A stretch of DNA of 64,000 nucleotides from an uncultured Planctomycetota bacterium. Lineage in GTDB: Bacteria; Planctomycetota; Planctomycetia; Isosphaerales; Isosphaeraceae. The translations under genes and the position numbers were made by a program. The stretch is from the NCBI GenBank assembly GCA_963737655.1, contig CAVTTN010000002.1, positions 6,816,001 through 6,880,000 of the forward strand, in the 5' to 3' direction. Below the pieces are notes generated by a model. The model saw nothing but the letters and a program-made list of their open reading frames with translations, was not told where the DNA came from and made no database searches. Within the stretch, counting starts at the first letter, position 1, and every line of letters begins with the position of its first letter. Below are positions 1 through 10,848 of this stretch, piece after piece.

Positions 1-963
1 GTCCGCGCCTCGCTGCCGGTCGAGGTGGCCTGGGCCGACCCGGACAAGGTGGCCGTGGGCGACTGGGTCCTGGCGATCGGCAGCCCCTTCCTGCTCGACC
101 AGTCGGTCTCCGCCGGGATCATCTCGGCGACCGGGCGGAATCACCTGGGCCTGCTGGGCGAGGGGGCCTACGAGGACTTCCTCCAGACCGACGCCGCCGT
201 GAATCCGGGCAACTCCGGCGGCCCTCTGGTGAACCTCCGGGGCGAGATCGTCGGCATCAACACGGCCCTGGCCCTGGACGGCGGAGGCCCCCAGGGCGGG
301 GCGACGCCGGGGATCGGCCTGGCGATCTCCTCGGGCCTGGCCCGGAAGATCGTCGAGAAGCTCGTCGAGAAGGGCCGGGTCATCCGCGGCTACCTCGGCG
401 TGACGCTCCGGGGCCTCGCCCCCGGAGAGGCCCAGATGCTCAAGATCCCCGGCGGCCAGGGGGCGAAGATCCAGGACGTGGACCCCGGCAGCCCCGCCGA
501 CGGCGCCGGGCTGAAGCCCGGGGACGTCGTGGTCAAGATCGCCGGCCAGCCCGTGGCCGACTACGCGGCCCTGAGGAACGTGACGATGAACCTGCCGATC
601 GGCCGGGGCGTCCCCCTGGTCTACTATCGGGACGGCCGGGAGGTGACCACCGAGGCGGTGATCGCCGAGATGCCGGCGCTGCGGGCCCTGGGCCTCCGGC
701 TCCGCGACGCCTCGCCCCAGGAACCCCCCGGCGTGATCATCGACTCGGTCCTGCCCGAGAGCCCGGCGTTCCGCGACGGCCTGATGCCGGGCCTCCGGGT
801 CGTCTCGGTCGGCGGCAAGCCGGTCAAGACCCGGGCCGAGGCCGACCTCGCCGCCGACCGCGTGGCCCCCGGCTCGGGCATCCCGATGGAGGTCCGCTAC
901 CCCAACGGGCGGACCACGGCCCTGGAGCTGGGAGGCGGGCGCGGGCCTCGCCGGGCCGAGTGA
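1..963 (+). CDS. HtrA/DegP-family trypsin-like serine protease with two PDZ domains (5' end outside window)
   Basis: [19 protein letters not shown] catalytic-Ser motif; GYLGV PDZ start; second PDZ-like segment; frame open from position 1. Confidence 0.93.
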   Translation, partial: VRASLPVEVAWADPDKVAVGDWVLAIGSPFLLDQSVSAGIISATGRNHLGLLGEGAYEDFLQTDAAVNPGNSGGPLVNLRGEIVGINTALALDGGGPQGGATPGIGLAISSGLARKIVEKLVEKGRVIRGYLGVTLRGLAPGEAQMLKIPGGQGAKIQDVDPGSPADGAGLKPGDVVVKIAGQPVADYAALRNVTMNLPIGRGVPLVYYRDGREVTTEAVIAEMPALRALGLRLRDASPQEPPGVIIDSVLPESPAFRDGLMPGLRVVSVGGKPVKTRAEADLAADRVAPGSGIPMEVRYPNGRTTALELGGGRGPRRAE

Positions 964-1119
964 CCGGCCCCGGGCCCGGGAAATCCCCCCGGATCGGGCC
1001 TCGGGCCTTGACTTGGACACCTGGTTTGCGGGACGATCGCCGGCCCTCGCGGGTTCTTCAAATTGCGTCGGGGCTTAGGGCGAATCGGCCCCGAGAACGG
1101 GAGGGGTGCGAAAGTCAAG

Positions 1120-1158
1120 CGTGTACCGGCCCGGCGGGGCCGCGCGGGCCGGTACACG
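1120..1158. repeat. Perfect 14-bp inverted repeat (hairpin) upstream of the dnaG promoter
   Basis: CGTGTACCGGCCCG ... CGGGCCGGTACACG; no U-tract. Confidence 0.6.
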
Positions 1159-1235
1159 GCGGCGGCCTCGTTGTAAAAGCGAAATTCGTGCCAACTTACA
1201 GCGAGGGGGCCACCGTCGGCAATCGCCCGAAAAAC

Positions 1236-1263
1236 TTGACCGATTTCCAGGAAAGGTTATAAT
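1236..1263 (+). promoter_or_regulatory. Sigma70-type promoter for dnaG-rpoD
   Basis: TTGACC (1236-1241), 16-nt spacer, TATAAT (1258-1263); A-rich upstream in a GC-rich background. Confidence 0.7.
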
Positions 1264-1396
1264 TTCCCCGGAGACGCGAACCGAAGGGCACGGTGACGGC
1301 GGCCCCAACCCCGCTCCTCGCAGGGACTTCGACCCCCGAAGCGCAGGCCGCCTCGCCACGGACCCGGGCCTGAGACCTCGGATCAGGGAGCCCCCG

Positions 1397-3283
1397 GTGC
1401 CCCGCCAGTCCGAATCCACCCTCGCCGCGATCAAGCAGGCGATCGATATCGTCGCCCTGGTCGGTGAATACCTGCCCCTGCATCGGGCCGGAGGGAAGTT
1501 CAAGGCCCTCTGTCCCTTCCACGACGACCACAACCCTTCGCTCGAACTGAACAGCGAACGACGATCGTTCAAGTGCTGGAGCTGCGGCGCCGGCGGCGAC
1601 GTCTTCGATTTCGTCAAGGATTACGAGCGGGTGGACTTCTCCGAGGCCGTGCGCATGCTCGCCGAACGGGCCGGGATTGCTCTGGATCGCCGAGGGGCCG
1701 ACGACGAGTCGTCGGCCGTCGCCGCCGGTCCGTCGAAATCCGACCTGCTCGCCGCCTGCGCCTGGGCCGAGGGGGCGTTCGCCGAGGCCCTGGCCGGCTC
1801 GGCCGAGGCCCGGTCGTACGTCGCCTCCCGGGGGATCTCCGGCGAGAGCGTCGCCCGGTTCGGCCTGGGGTTCGCCCCCGACCGTCGCGACTGGCTGTCC
1901 CTGAAGGGGGCCCGGGCCGGGTTCGGCATCGACCTCCTGGAGAAGGCCGGGCTGGTCGCCCGCAAGGAGGGGTCCAGCCTCACGCGAGACCGCTTCCGCG
2001 GCCGCCTGATCTTCCCGATCCGCGACCCGAGGGGCCGGCCGATCGGCTTCGGCGGCCGAATCCTGCCGGAATCGGAAAAACGATTGGCCGAGAACGGCCT
2101 GAATGTCGCCAAGTATTTGAATTCACCCGAGACGCCGCTGTTCCAGAAGAGGCGGACCCTCTACGCCGCCGACCTCGCCCGGGAGGCGGCCCGCCGTCAG
2201 GGGTGGACCGCCGTGGTCGAAGGCTACACCGACGTGATCGCCGCCCACCAGGCCGGGCTCTCGAACGTCGTGGGGACCCTGGGGACCGCCCTCGGGGACG
2301 ACCACGTGACGGCCCTCCGCCGGTTGGCCGATCGCGTCGTCCTGGTCTTCGACGGCGACGAGGCGGGCCAGAAGGCGGCCGACCGCTCGCTCGAATTCTT
2401 CCTCGGGCACGAGGTGGACGTCCGCGTCCTGACCCTGCCCGACGGCCTCGACCCGGCCGACTTCCTCGCCAGGGAAGGCCCCGAGGCATTCCGAACCATG
2501 CTCGAAGGGGCGCCCGACGCCCTGGAGTTCGTCCTGGACCGCGCCTCCGAGCGGTTCGACTTCGAGTCGGCCGAGGGGGCGAGGCAGGCGGCCGGCTGGG
2601 TCCTGTCCCTCCTGGCGAAGGTGCCGAAGGCCTCGGGCCGCTCCGGCCTGGGGTTCAAGGTCGATGCCGCGCTGGACCGGCTCTCCCGGAGGCTGGGCAT
2701 CCCCCAGGAGAGCCTCCGCCGGGGGCTCCGCCGCGAGCAGAATCCGCCGAGGCCGGCGGCCTCGGGCGAACCGAAGCCGGCCGAGGCCGTGTCCGAAGCC
2801 GGGACGGTCCACCTGAAGGACCTCGACCCGGTCGATCGCGAGCTGGTCGAGATCGCCCTGAACGAGCCCGAGGCGGTCGGGGCGATCGCCCGGAAGGTGG
2901 CGGCGGACGACCTGGCCGACCCCCCCCTCCGTCAGATCATGCAAGCCCTCTTCGACCTGCTGGCCGAGGGGGAGGCTCCGGAGTTCTCCCGGGCGGCCCT
3001 GAGGCTCTCGGAGGCCGACCGGGGCCTGGCGGCGGGTCTGCTCCTGCCGATCGATCCCGATCCCCTGCCCGAGGCGTTCCGCCCGGCCTCCTGGTCGGAC
3101 CGCCTGGCCGGGATCTTCCGTCGCCTGGACGCCCGGAGGTGGGAGGCCAAACTCCGCGACCTCAAGGGCGCCCTGGCCGAAATCGACCCTCGCGAGAATC
3201 CCGACGACCATCGGGCACTCCATGCGGAATACTTAAGACATCTTGTGCAGCGGCCGGACCCGAGGAAGACGTCGTCATCCTGA
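1397..3283 (+). CDS. dnaG: DNA primase
   Basis: [10 protein letters not shown]...CWSC zinc finger, [21 protein letters not shown] and FDGDEAG, DPAD; GTG start at 1397 after AGGGAG. Confidence 0.97.
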   Translation: MPRQSESTLAAIKQAIDIVALVGEYLPLHRAGGKFKALCPFHDDHNPSLELNSERRSFKCWSCGAGGDVFDFVKDYERVDFSEAVRMLAERAGIALDRRGADDESSAVAAGPSKSDLLAACAWAEGAFAEALAGSAEARSYVASRGISGESVARFGLGFAPDRRDWLSLKGARAGFGIDLLEKAGLVARKEGSSLTRDRFRGRLIFPIRDPRGRPIGFGGRILPESEKRLAENGLNVAKYLNSPETPLFQKRRTLYAADLAREAARRQGWTAVVEGYTDVIAAHQAGLSNVVGTLGTALGDDHVTALRRLADRVVLVFDGDEAGQKAADRSLEFFLGHEVDVRVLTLPDGLDPADFLAREGPEAFRTMLEGAPDALEFVLDRASERFDFESAEGARQAAGWVLSLLAKVPKASGRSGLGFKVDAALDRLSRRLGIPQESLRRGLRREQNPPRPAASGEPKPAEAVSEAGTVHLKDLDPVDRELVEIALNEPEAVGAIARKVAADDLADPPLRQIMQALFDLLAEGEAPEFSRAALRLSEADRGLAAGLLLPIDPDPLPEAFRPASWSDRLAGIFRRLDARRWEAKLRDLKGALAEIDPRENPDDHRALHAEYLRHLVQRPDPRKTSSS

Positions 3284-3336
3284 TCGACCCGCGTCGGTCC
3301 CGCGTTCGTTCGTTCGATCCGAGGGAGATTGAGTCG

Positions 3337-5010
3337 ATGGAAAAGATGGACGAGGGCCTCAAGACGCTCCTCGAGTTGGGCAAGCGACGTGGCTTCCTGA
3401 CGTTCGATCAGGTCAACGATTACCTGCCCGACGAGGCCTCCAGCCCGGACAAGATCCAGGGCCTCCTGGAGTCGATCGACGAGCTGGGGATCGAGCTGGT
3501 CAACGAGGAAGAGGCCGAGTCTCGGCTGCTCGCCTCGGGCGACCTCGACGACGAGCCCGACGAGCTCGTCGACGAGCCGGCCGACGACGACGACGGCGAG
3601 CTCACGCCCGAGGACCTCGACGAGATCTCCCGCCGGATCGACGACCCGGTGCGGATGTACCTCACGCAGATGGGCGAGATCCCCCTGCTGACCCGCGAGC
3701 AGGAGATCAACCTCGCCAAGAAGATCGAGATCACCCGCAAGAACTTCCGCCGCAAGGTCCTGGAGTGCGACTACGCCCTGCGCCTCGTGGTGGACGTCCT
3801 CAAGAAGGTCGATTCCGGCGAGCTCCCGTTCGACCGTACCGTGAAGGTCTCCGTGACCGAGAATCTGGAGAAGGACCAGATCCTCAACCGGATGAAGCCG
3901 AACCTGGCGACCCTCGACCACCTGATGGGGGACAACGACCGCGACTTCCGCGCCTACGTCCGCGCCAAGAACGCCCCGGTCGAGCGCCGGGAGATGAAGC
4001 GCGGCCTGAAGAACCGGCGGAGGAAGGCCGTCACCCTCGTCGAGGAGCTGTCGATCCGCACCCAGAAGGTCCAGCCCCTGATGAGGAGGCTGGAGCAGAT
4101 CGCCTCCCGGATGCGCGAGCTGCTCAACCAGCTGGAAGACCACCGCGAGGGCCGGGGAGGCAAGGAAGACCGCGCCAACCTCGAGAAAGAACTCAAAGAC
4201 CTGATGCTCATGACCCTCGAGACTCCGGAATCCCTCCGGAAGCGCTGCGAGGCCATGAACAGCCGGTTCAAGGAGTACGAGCAGGCCAAGCGCGAGCTCT
4301 CCGGCGGCAACCTCCGGCTCGTGGTCTCGATCGCCAAGAAGTACCGCAACCGCGGCCTGTCGTTCCTCGACCTGATCCAGGAGGGGAACACGGGGCTGAT
4401 GAGGGCCGTCGATAAGTACGAATATCGCCGCGGCTACAAGTTCAGCACCTATGCGACGTGGTGGATCCGCCAGGCGATCACCCGGGCCATCGCCGACCAG
4501 GCCCGGACGATCCGCATCCCGGTCCACATGATCGAGACGATGAGCAAGCTGAGGAACGTCTCCAAGAAGCTCCTCCAGGAGAAGGGCCGCGAGCCGACGA
4601 TCGAGGAGACGGCCAAGGCCGCGAACATCTCGGTGGAGGAGACCCGCCGGGTCATGAAGATCAGCCGGCACCCGATCTCGCTCGACCGCCCGGTCGGCGA
4701 GTCCGAGGACAGCTACTTCGGCGACTTCATCGAGGACGAGGCGGCCGAGAGCCCGATCAACGCCGCCACCCAGGAGATGCTCAAGGAGAAGATCGACAGC
4801 GTCCTGAAGACCCTCACGTACCGAGAACGCGAGATCATCAAGCTGAGGTACGGCCTGGGCGACGGCTACACCTACACCCTCGAAGAGGTGGGCCGGATCT
4901 TCAAGGTCACGAGGGAGCGAGTCCGGCAGATCGAGGCCAAGGCCGTCAGGAAACTCCAGCATCCGGTGAGAAGCCGGCAACTGGAAGGGTTCCTGGAGAG
5001 TACCGGCTGA
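3337..5010 (+). CDS. rpoD: Primary RNA polymerase sigma factor
   Basis: [80 protein letters not shown] 3337 after GAGGGAG. Confidence 0.98.
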   Translation: MEKMDEGLKTLLELGKRRGFLTFDQVNDYLPDEASSPDKIQGLLESIDELGIELVNEEEAESRLLASGDLDDEPDELVDEPADDDDGELTPEDLDEISRRIDDPVRMYLTQMGEIPLLTREQEINLAKKIEITRKNFRRKVLECDYALRLVVDVLKKVDSGELPFDRTVKVSVTENLEKDQILNRMKPNLATLDHLMGDNDRDFRAYVRAKNAPVERREMKRGLKNRRRKAVTLVEELSIRTQKVQPLMRRLEQIASRMRELLNQLEDHREGRGGKEDRANLEKELKDLMLMTLETPESLRKRCEAMNSRFKEYEQAKRELSGGNLRLVVSIAKKYRNRGLSFLDLIQEGNTGLMRAVDKYEYRRGYKFSTYATWWIRQAITRAIADQARTIRIPVHMIETMSKLRNVSKKLLQEKGREPTIEETAKAANISVEETRRVMKISRHPISLDRPVGESEDSYFGDFIEDEAAESPINAATQEMLKEKIDSVLKTLTYREREIIKLRYGLGDGYTYTLEEVGRIFKVTRERVRQIEAKAVRKLQHPVRSRQLEGFLESTG

Positions 5011-5025
5011 GAGCCGAGGACCAAG

Positions 5026-5064
5026 GCCGCCGGCCGCCCGACGAGGCGACCGGCGGCTTTTTTT
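5026..5064 (+). terminator. Rho-independent terminator after rpoD
   Basis: GCCGCCGG.CGCC-loop-GGCG.CCGGCGGC stem followed by T7. Confidence 0.88.
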
Positions 5065-5103
5065 GTCGAGATGCCCCGATGACGTGGCGAGGCGCGGTTT
5101 CTC

Positions 5104-5526
5104 ATGAGCAAATTCGGATGGATTCGGTCGGTCTGGGACAGGCTGTCCCGTCGGGATGGGCCGGCCTCGCCTGGGTCGGAGGCCGGGCGTACAATTCAGA
5201 TCATCCTCTTCATTCCGAGCGTCGATCGCGACGAGGAACCCATCAATCATCGCCTGTGGAGACGGGCAGCCCTGGAATGGCTCGGCCAGGCGTTTGGAGG
5301 CGCGACCGCCTATCCTCCAGGTTTCGGGGTCTGGCGAGATGATCAGCGTGGTGGACGCCTCGTCTAGGACAGGACGACCGTCATTTTCTGCTATGCGACG
5401 GGACGCGACATCCGGGAGAATGAACGGAAACTGCGAGACTTCATGACGAAGATGGGCCGGGAGACCCGGCAGGGCAGCGTGGCATTCGTCCTGGACGAGA
5501 GGTTCATCGAGATCCCGATCGAATGA
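5104..5526 (+). pseudogene. Hypothetical protein interrupted by an in-frame TAG (5365-5367)
   Basis: Frame continues after TAG with protein-like DRTTVIFCYATGRDIRENERKLRDFMTKMGRETRQGSVAFVLDERFIEIPIE to TGA 5526. Confidence 0.6.
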
Positions 5527-5541
5527 CCCGGAGGGAAGACC

Positions 5542-5769
5542 ATGCGAGCCGACAAGCTTCGTCGATTGGTCGATGCCATCGGTGGCCGGATCGTCGCCCG
5601 GGTCCCCAGGGGCAGCGGAGGGGCCGCGTCTGCCGGCCTCGCCGCGTTCTATCAGGCCCGCCGTCGAGCCTCCCAATCGCAGGGGCAGGGCAGAGACGCC
5701 CGCCCGATCGATCCGCATCCGGCAGAGACGCCCCAAACGAGCCAAGGCCCCGCGACGGTCTCCGGGTGA
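5542..5769 (+). CDS. Small hypothetical protein
   Basis: GGAGGG ribosome-binding site before ATG; 75 aa; no recognised motif. Confidence 0.4.
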   Translation: MRADKLRRLVDAIGGRIVARVPRGSGGAASAGLAAFYQARRRASQSQGQGRDARPIDPHPAETPQTSQGPATVSG

Positions 5770-5801
5770 GCCGGTCCCTCGTTCCTCCAGGAGAGAGCCT
5801 G

Positions 5802-6538
5802 ATGACCGCGACCGCCGAAAGCCTCCGCGACATCCATGCTTTGCACCAGCGCGCAAGGCCATCCGCGATCGTCTGGCCTCGGGGCCGAAAACCCTCGCCG
5901 CCCGCCAGGCGTTGCTGGCCTCTCGCCAGAAGGCCGTGGACGAGGCCAAGAAGGCCCTCCAGGACACCAAGGTCCAGGTCCACAAGAAGGAGACCCAGCT
6001 CAAGGGGATGCAGGAGAAGTCCGCCGAGCTCCGCGTGAAGCTCAACTCGATCAAGAAGCAGAACGAGTACGATGCGATCCGCAACCAGCTCGCGATGGAC
6101 AACTCGGCCCAGAGCAAGCTCTCCGACGAGATCCTCGAAGCGATGATGAAGGTGGACGAGCAGGCCGCCGCCCTCGCCGCCCAGGAGGCCGAGGTCCAGA
6201 AGATCGCCGGCGAGGTCGCCGCGATCCAGGCCGACATCGCCGCCAAGACGGCCGAGCAGAAAGGCCAGCTCGAGGCCCTCGACCGCGAGATCCTCGGCGC
6301 CGAGACCGTGATCCCCGAGGCCGAACGCGAGCACTACAAGCGGGTCGTCAAGCAGAAGGGGGCCGACGCGATGGCCGCCGTCGAGGGGTCGGCCTGCACC
6401 GGCTGCTTCGTCTCGGTCACCGCCCAGATGATGAACGACCTGATCAACGGCGGCCACCTGGTCATCTGCAAGACCTGCGGACGCCTCCTCTACCTCGCCG
6501 ACGAGGACCGCTCCACGACCCGCCGGACCGCCCGGTAG
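5802..6538 (+). CDS. Coiled-coil + C4 zinc-ribbon protein (DUF164/CT398-like); apparent single-base frameshift near 5853
   Basis: MTATAESLRDIHALHQRA joins KAIRDRLASGP in the next frame; long coiled coil; CTGC...CKTCGRLLY; family commonly follows rpoD. Confidence 0.88.
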
Positions 6539-6560
6539 CTTTCGGCGGGTCGGTTCTCGG

Positions 6561-6592
6561 GTGGCATGCTTACGTCCCCGTAAGCATGCCAC
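6561..6592. repeat. GGTGGCA-type palindrome between convergent genes
   Basis: GTGGCATGCTTAC-GTCCCC-GTAAGCATGCCAC perfect 13-bp stem; half copy GTAAGCATGCCACGC at 47574-47588. Confidence 0.7.
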
Positions 6593-6604
6593 GCAGGATG
6601 GCCT

Positions 6605-7162
6605 TCAGGGGTTGATTTCCCGGGTCTGCCAGCCGGATTCGGCCTCCCATCGGGTCCGTTGATGGGGATGGTCGCGGAGGCTCAGCCGCTCGACCCGGTC
6701 GGGCCTCACGATCAGCAGCTGGAAACTCTCCGGGATCGGGGTCTCGGCGGGCAGCGCGTTGGGGAACGCCTCGTCGGGCTCGGATCGAAGCCCTCCCGGC
6801 ATGGGCCAGGAAAACAAGGCCCGGGCCCCGTCGGAAAGCTCGGCCCACAGGGCCGATCGCCTCGGGTCGGTCGATTCCTGGCCGATCACCTCGACCCCAC
6901 CCGCCAGCCGCCACTGCTCGCGACGCCCCTCCAGCCAGAAAACCACCTCGGCCCACGGCGATTCGCGGATCTGCTCGTTCTTCTCGCTCCTCGAATCGCT
7001 GCAAAGCCACAAGAAACCGCCGGGCTCGACCTTGCGGACCACGATCGAGCGGTTCCGGGGGCGGCCCGACCCGTCGGCGGTCGCCATCGCCGCCACCTTG
7101 GGCCGTCCGGCGAAGGCGTCGTCGATCGCTCGCGTGAACAATTCGACCCATTGCGCGATCAT
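6605..7162 (-). CDS. Pyridoxamine 5'-phosphate oxidase-family FMN-binding protein
   Basis: MATADGSGRPRNRSIVVR, DSRSEK, EVVFW..REQWRLAG, LSLRDHPHQR; ATGA overlap with MFS gene. Confidence 0.85.
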   Translation of the reverse strand: MIAQWVELFTRAIDDAFAGRPKVAAMATADGSGRPRNRSIVVRKVEPGGFLWLCSDSRSEKNEQIRESPWAEVVFWLEGRREQWRLAGGVEVIGQESTDPRRSALWAELSDGARALFSWPMPGGLRSEPDEAFPNALPAETPIPESFQLLIVRPDRVERLSLRDHPHQRTRWEAESGWQTREINP

Positions 7163-8517
7163 GAATGCCCCTCGACCTCGATCGGGGTCATCGGCAGGGG
7201 GGGGGCGGTGGAGGGGTCCTGGTCGAGGGCGTCGAGGGGGCCGAGCCGGGCGATCTGGGGCCACTTCCATGCCGTCAGGAGGACCACGCCGATGCAGCCG
7301 ACTCCGCCGAGGACCACGGCGGGGATCGTGCCGATCAGCGAGGCGGCGAGGCCCGACTCGAACCCGCCGACCTCGTTGGACATGCCGATGAAGATGCTGT
7401 TCACGGCCGACACCCGGCCCCTCATGGCGTCGGGCGTCCTCATCTGGATCAGGGTGGAGCGGACGACCACGCTGATATTATCGAAGGCGCCGGTCAGGAT
7501 CAGCATGGCCATCGACAGCCAGAAGTTCCTCGACAGGCCGAAGACGATCGTGGCCGCGCCGAAGCCGATCACCGCGAGGAGCAGGTCTCGACCGGCCCTC
7601 TGCAACGGCGGGCGATGGGCGAGGGTCAACGCCATGGCCAGGGCGCCGATGGACGGCCCGGCGCGGAGCCATCCCAGGCCGGCGGGGCCGACGTGGAGGA
7701 TGTCCTGGGCGAAGACCGGCAGGAGCGACACCGCCCCGCCGAGGAGGACGGCGAACATGTCCAGGGTGATGGCCGCCAGGACCAGGGGCGAATCCCAGAC
7801 GAACCGGAACCCGGCGAGGAGCGAGTCCCACGTCACCGGCTCGGCATGCTTGCGGACGGCCGGCCGCCCCCGGATCGAGGCGATCATCAGGCAGACGACC
7901 ACCCCGCACGAGGCATCGGCCAGGTAGACCGGGCCCGGCCCTCCGGCCAGGGCGATCCCCAGACCTCCCAGCCCCGGGCCGATCATCGCCGCCACCTGCC
8001 ACGCGCTGGACCGCCAGGTCACGGCGTTGTGGAAGTCCTCCGCCGGCACGAGCTCGGGCATGAACGCCCACCGGGCCGGGAACGAGAACGCACCGGCCAC
8101 GCCGATCAGGCCGAGGCAGAGGTAGACCAGCCCGATCGGCCCCTTGCCGTAGGAGATCGCCGCCAGGCCGAGCGAGCCGGCCACCATCGCGGCGGCCGTC
8201 GCCAGGACGATCCCCTTCCGCGAGAGCCGGTCGGCCAGGTGCCCGGCCGGGACCGAGAGCAGGAGCACGGGCAGGGCCTGGACCAGCCCGACCAGGCCCA
8301 GGGCGAGCTTCGAGCCGGTCCGGGCATAGAGCTCCCAGCCCACGGCCACGCTCTGCATCTCGCCGCCGATCGTGGCCGCCACGCTGTTGACCAGGAACAG
8401 GCGGAAGTCCCGATGGCGGAGGGCGGCATACGGGTCATGGCCGGCGGGCTCGTCCGGGAGGGCCTCGGGAGGGGCGTACGGTTCGCGGTCGAGGTCCTTG
8501 TCGAAGCGGTCGCTCAT
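7159..8517 (-). CDS. MFS transporter (DHA3/EntS-like)
   Basis: About 12 hydrophobic segments; GHLADRLSRK motif; TPDAMRGRV; ATGA overlap with doc. Confidence 0.92.
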   Translation of the reverse strand: MSDRFDKDLDREPYAPPEALPDEPAGHDPYAALRHRDFRLFLVNSVAATIGGEMQSVAVGWELYARTGSKLALGLVGLVQALPVLLLSVPAGHLADRLSRKGIVLATAAAMVAGSLGLAAISYGKGPIGLVYLCLGLIGVAGAFSFPARWAFMPELVPAEDFHNAVTWRSSAWQVAAMIGPGLGGLGIALAGGPGPVYLADASCGVVVCLMIASIRGRPAVRKHAEPVTWDSLLAGFRFVWDSPLVLAAITLDMFAVLLGGAVSLLPVFAQDILHVGPAGLGWLRAGPSIGALAMALTLAHRPPLQRAGRDLLLAVIGFGAATIVFGLSRNFWLSMAMLILTGAFDNISVVVRSTLIQMRTPDAMRGRVSAVNSIFIGMSNEVGGFESGLAASLIGTIPAVVLGGVGCIGVVLLTAWKWPQIARLGPLDALDQDPSTAPPLPMTPIEVEGHS

Positions 8518-8918
8518 CCCTGATCCGTCATCCTCGGGTCGTCGATGCGATGCCCGTCGATCCACGCGGTCAATGGCTCGCGGGAGACCACTCCCGAGGC
8601 GAGTCCGAGGAAGGCCGACTCCTGCTCGTCCACATCCGCCGAGATCATCGAGCCGTTCAGGGCCAGGAAGGTTTCCATCGCCAGGTGGCCAATCCTCTTG
8701 TTTCCATCGATGAACGGATGATTCATGACGAGGGAGAACGCCAGGGCCGCGGCCTTCTCGACGGGGCTCGGATCGAGGTCCTCCCCGCCGAAGGTCATCC
8801 GGGGCTGGGCGACCGCGGAATCGAGGGCATCCGGATTCCTGACCCCGAGGCTCCCGCCGGCGTGGGCGATCAGGTCGGCGTGGAGCTCACGCACCTCGTC
8901 GAGGGTCAAGTAGATCAT
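8514..8918 (-). CDS. doc: Death-on-curing (Fic/Doc) family toxin
   Basis: HPFIDGNKR Fic/Doc motif; GVRNPDALDSA; 134 aa. Confidence 0.93.
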   Translation of the reverse strand: MIYLTLDEVRELHADLIAHAGGSLGVRNPDALDSAVAQPRMTFGGEDLDPSPVEKAAALAFSLVMNHPFIDGNKRIGHLAMETFLALNGSMISADVDEQESAFLGLASGVVSREPLTAWIDGHRIDDPRMTDQG

Positions 8919-9115
8919 CGCGCCAGTCGCCGATAGAGTTCCCGATTCTTCTCCAGGAGGAAATCCGCGGTCTGGCGGAACCGTTCGCGACGGACGCGGA
9001 TCATCGTCTCGATCCCCTCGCGGGCCAGGTCCTCGGGCGTCACGCCGAGGCCCTCGGCCAGCCGGTTCAGCTCCTCCAACCTCTCTTCGCTCAGGGGGAC
9101 GGTGATCGCGGTCAT
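8915..9115 (-). CDS. Putative antitoxin (RHH/CopG-like N-terminus)
   Basis: 66 aa MTAITVPLSEERLEELNRLA...LLEKNRELYRRLA; ATGA overlap with doc. Confidence 0.8.
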   Translation of the reverse strand: MTAITVPLSEERLEELNRLAEGLGVTPEDLAREGIETMIRVRRERFRQTADFLLEKNRELYRRLAR

Positions 9116-9293
9116 GGTCGATTCCCGGAGGGGGCGGGGCGCGAGGGCGTCTCCCGGATCATTCTTCTCGGGTCCGGCGGATTCGTCCACCGGCGTCGGG
9201 GCGATTTCGGGGGCGCCCCGGGTGGCGAGATCCCCGATTCCCCCTCCCGGACCCAACCGGGCCGATCTCGGTTCGCCCGAGCCTCGTCGGGCG

Positions 9294-10127
9294 TCAGGCC
9301 TCCGGCTCGATCCCCAGGGCGCGGAGCTGGGCGGCCAGGCGATCGGCCCGGCTAGCCTCGGCGTCGGCCCTCCGGCGTTCTTCCTCGGCCTTGCGGCGTT
9401 CTTCCTCGGCCCTCCCGGCCTGGATCTGGGCGATCTCGTGGCCGGTCGGGAGGAGCAGGCCCTGGGCGTCGTACCATCGCATCCAGGGTTCGTCGTAATT
9501 CTCGACCACGCCTCGCCAGATCCCCAGGGCCACGCCGAGCTCGGGGATGGGGTAGTGGCCCCGGGCGTCGGGAACCATCGGGCGGAACGCCGCGCCGACC
9601 CTCTCGAACATCCACAGCCGCTCGGTCCCGGCGACGTGGACGCCGTAGTAGGCGGGCCGGACGGCCGTCTCATAGATCCACAACTTCCCCTGGCCCGGAG
9701 AGCGGTCGAGTTCCTCCGAGCCGTCGCCCGAGGAGAACTCCAGGACGATCAGCGGCGCCACCAGCTCCCTCCACAACACATACGACCGGCGGTATTCCCC
9801 TTCGAGCTTCGGCGGGACGCCCGGTACGTAGAACCAGTCCGGCGCGATCGCCCCGGAGAGCGGAGGCTCGGGGGGTCGCCACTGGTAATAGATCCCGCAG
9901 TCCCTCCCGATCGCGAATTGCTCGTCGGGGTGGATCTGCTTGAGGACCGGCAGCAGGGCGTCGCTGAGGACCTGCGCCTGGGGGTGCTCCAGGTAGTTTT
10001 CCACGATCCGGCCGTCCGATTCGGGGAGCTCCAGGTGTCCCGGAGGCTTCATGGGGTCCGCGGAAAGGAGGGGAGGGGCCGGCTTCGGCCGGGGAGCGGC
10101 CTCCCGTTCGATCTCGGCGGTGCTCAT
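9294..10127 (-). CDS. Uma2-family (DUF820) endonuclease with C-terminal coiled coil
   Basis: LPESDG..EN..EH, APDWFYVPGV, VLEFSS, K..IYE, RWYD..G.LLPT, RADRLAAQLRALGIEP. Confidence 0.9.
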   Translation of the reverse strand: MSTAEIEREAAPRPKPAPPLLSADPMKPPGHLELPESDGRIVENYLEHPQAQVLSDALLPVLKQIHPDEQFAIGRDCGIYYQWRPPEPPLSGAIAPDWFYVPGVPPKLEGEYRRSYVLWRELVAPLIVLEFSSGDGSEELDRSPGQGKLWIYETAVRPAYYGVHVAGTERLWMFERVGAAFRPMVPDARGHYPIPELGVALGIWRGVVENYDEPWMRWYDAQGLLLPTGHEIAQIQAGRAEEERRKAEEERRRADAEASRADRLAAQLRALGIEPEA

Positions 10128-10821
10128 CCCTGGGCCTCCAGGTCCGTCCGGGCTTCGAGGAACAAGTTCGAGACGAGGACCCGGCCGACCTCGCGGCCGT
10201 CCAGGACGATCGGCGCCTCGGAACCCTCCTCGAACAAAGAAACCGACGTATAAAGGCCCGCCGCCGGCGCCGAATAGACCTCCAGCCGCCGGGCCGGGAT
10301 GTTCAGGAGCCAGTAGACCGGGATTTCTTCGACGGCGTAGGTCGCCGCCAGGGCCCGATCCTTGGACAGGGTCGTATCGGCCACCTCGATCACCAGGGCC
10401 ACGTCGCTGGACCGGGGCATCTTGCGATATTCCCGCGTCTTTCCCCGGACGACCTCCACGTCGGGCTCGGGGCGCTGTCGGCGAACCGGAGGGCCATCGG
10501 GGCCTCGCTCTCGGGCTCGTAGCCTTCGAGCTTCAGGTCGCGGAGGGCGTCGTAGAGGCTCTTGACCCCGTAGACATGAGGGCGATCTCGGGACATCCTT
10601 TGGCAGAGCCTCCCCTCCCACAAATAGACGCGATCGAATCCTTCGACGTCTCCGAACACGCCGGACTCGCCGAGCTTCTCATAGGCCGCCAGCGAGATCG
10701 GCCAGGGGATGTGGTCGGGAGGCGTGACGGGAGGTGTCCGGGGTGCGGTCGCGGCCGGGACGGGGGGCGCGAGGGCCTCGGCGGTCGTGGCCTCGGTCTC
10801 GGGAAGGGTCGCGGTGCTCAT
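10124..10821 (-). CDS. Uma2-family endonuclease; apparent frameshift at G4 run 10469-10472
   Basis: N-part ends ADSAP and continues EPDVEVVRG...LVIEVADTTLSKDR...YWLLN in adjacent frame; paralog of 10849-11514. Confidence 0.85.
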
Positions 10822-10848
10822 GGCGAGGGCCTCCGGGTCCGTCCGGGT

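Noticed and set aside
1573..3336. 1145-aa ORF suggesting a giant N-terminal extension of RpoD overlapping dnaG
   Set aside because: The extension is Arg/Pro/Gly-rich off-frame translation of dnaG; a good RBS and ATG exist at 3337
5365..5367. Pyrrolysine or genome-wide TAG recoding
   Set aside because: TAG ends several genes at their natural family C-termini (for example DUF1624 at 27130), and no pyl genes are present in the window
2932..6246. Very long antisense ORFs (also 33603-36416, 57237-60149, 40708-43023 and others)
   Set aside because: Shadow frames expected in high-GC coding DNA; no motifs, and they mirror well-supported genes
6539..6604. rnpB or tRNA after the Zn-ribbon gene, as in some genomes
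   Set aside because: The gap is only 66 bp and is filled by a palindrome; no tRNA or RNase P motifs were seen anywhere in the window
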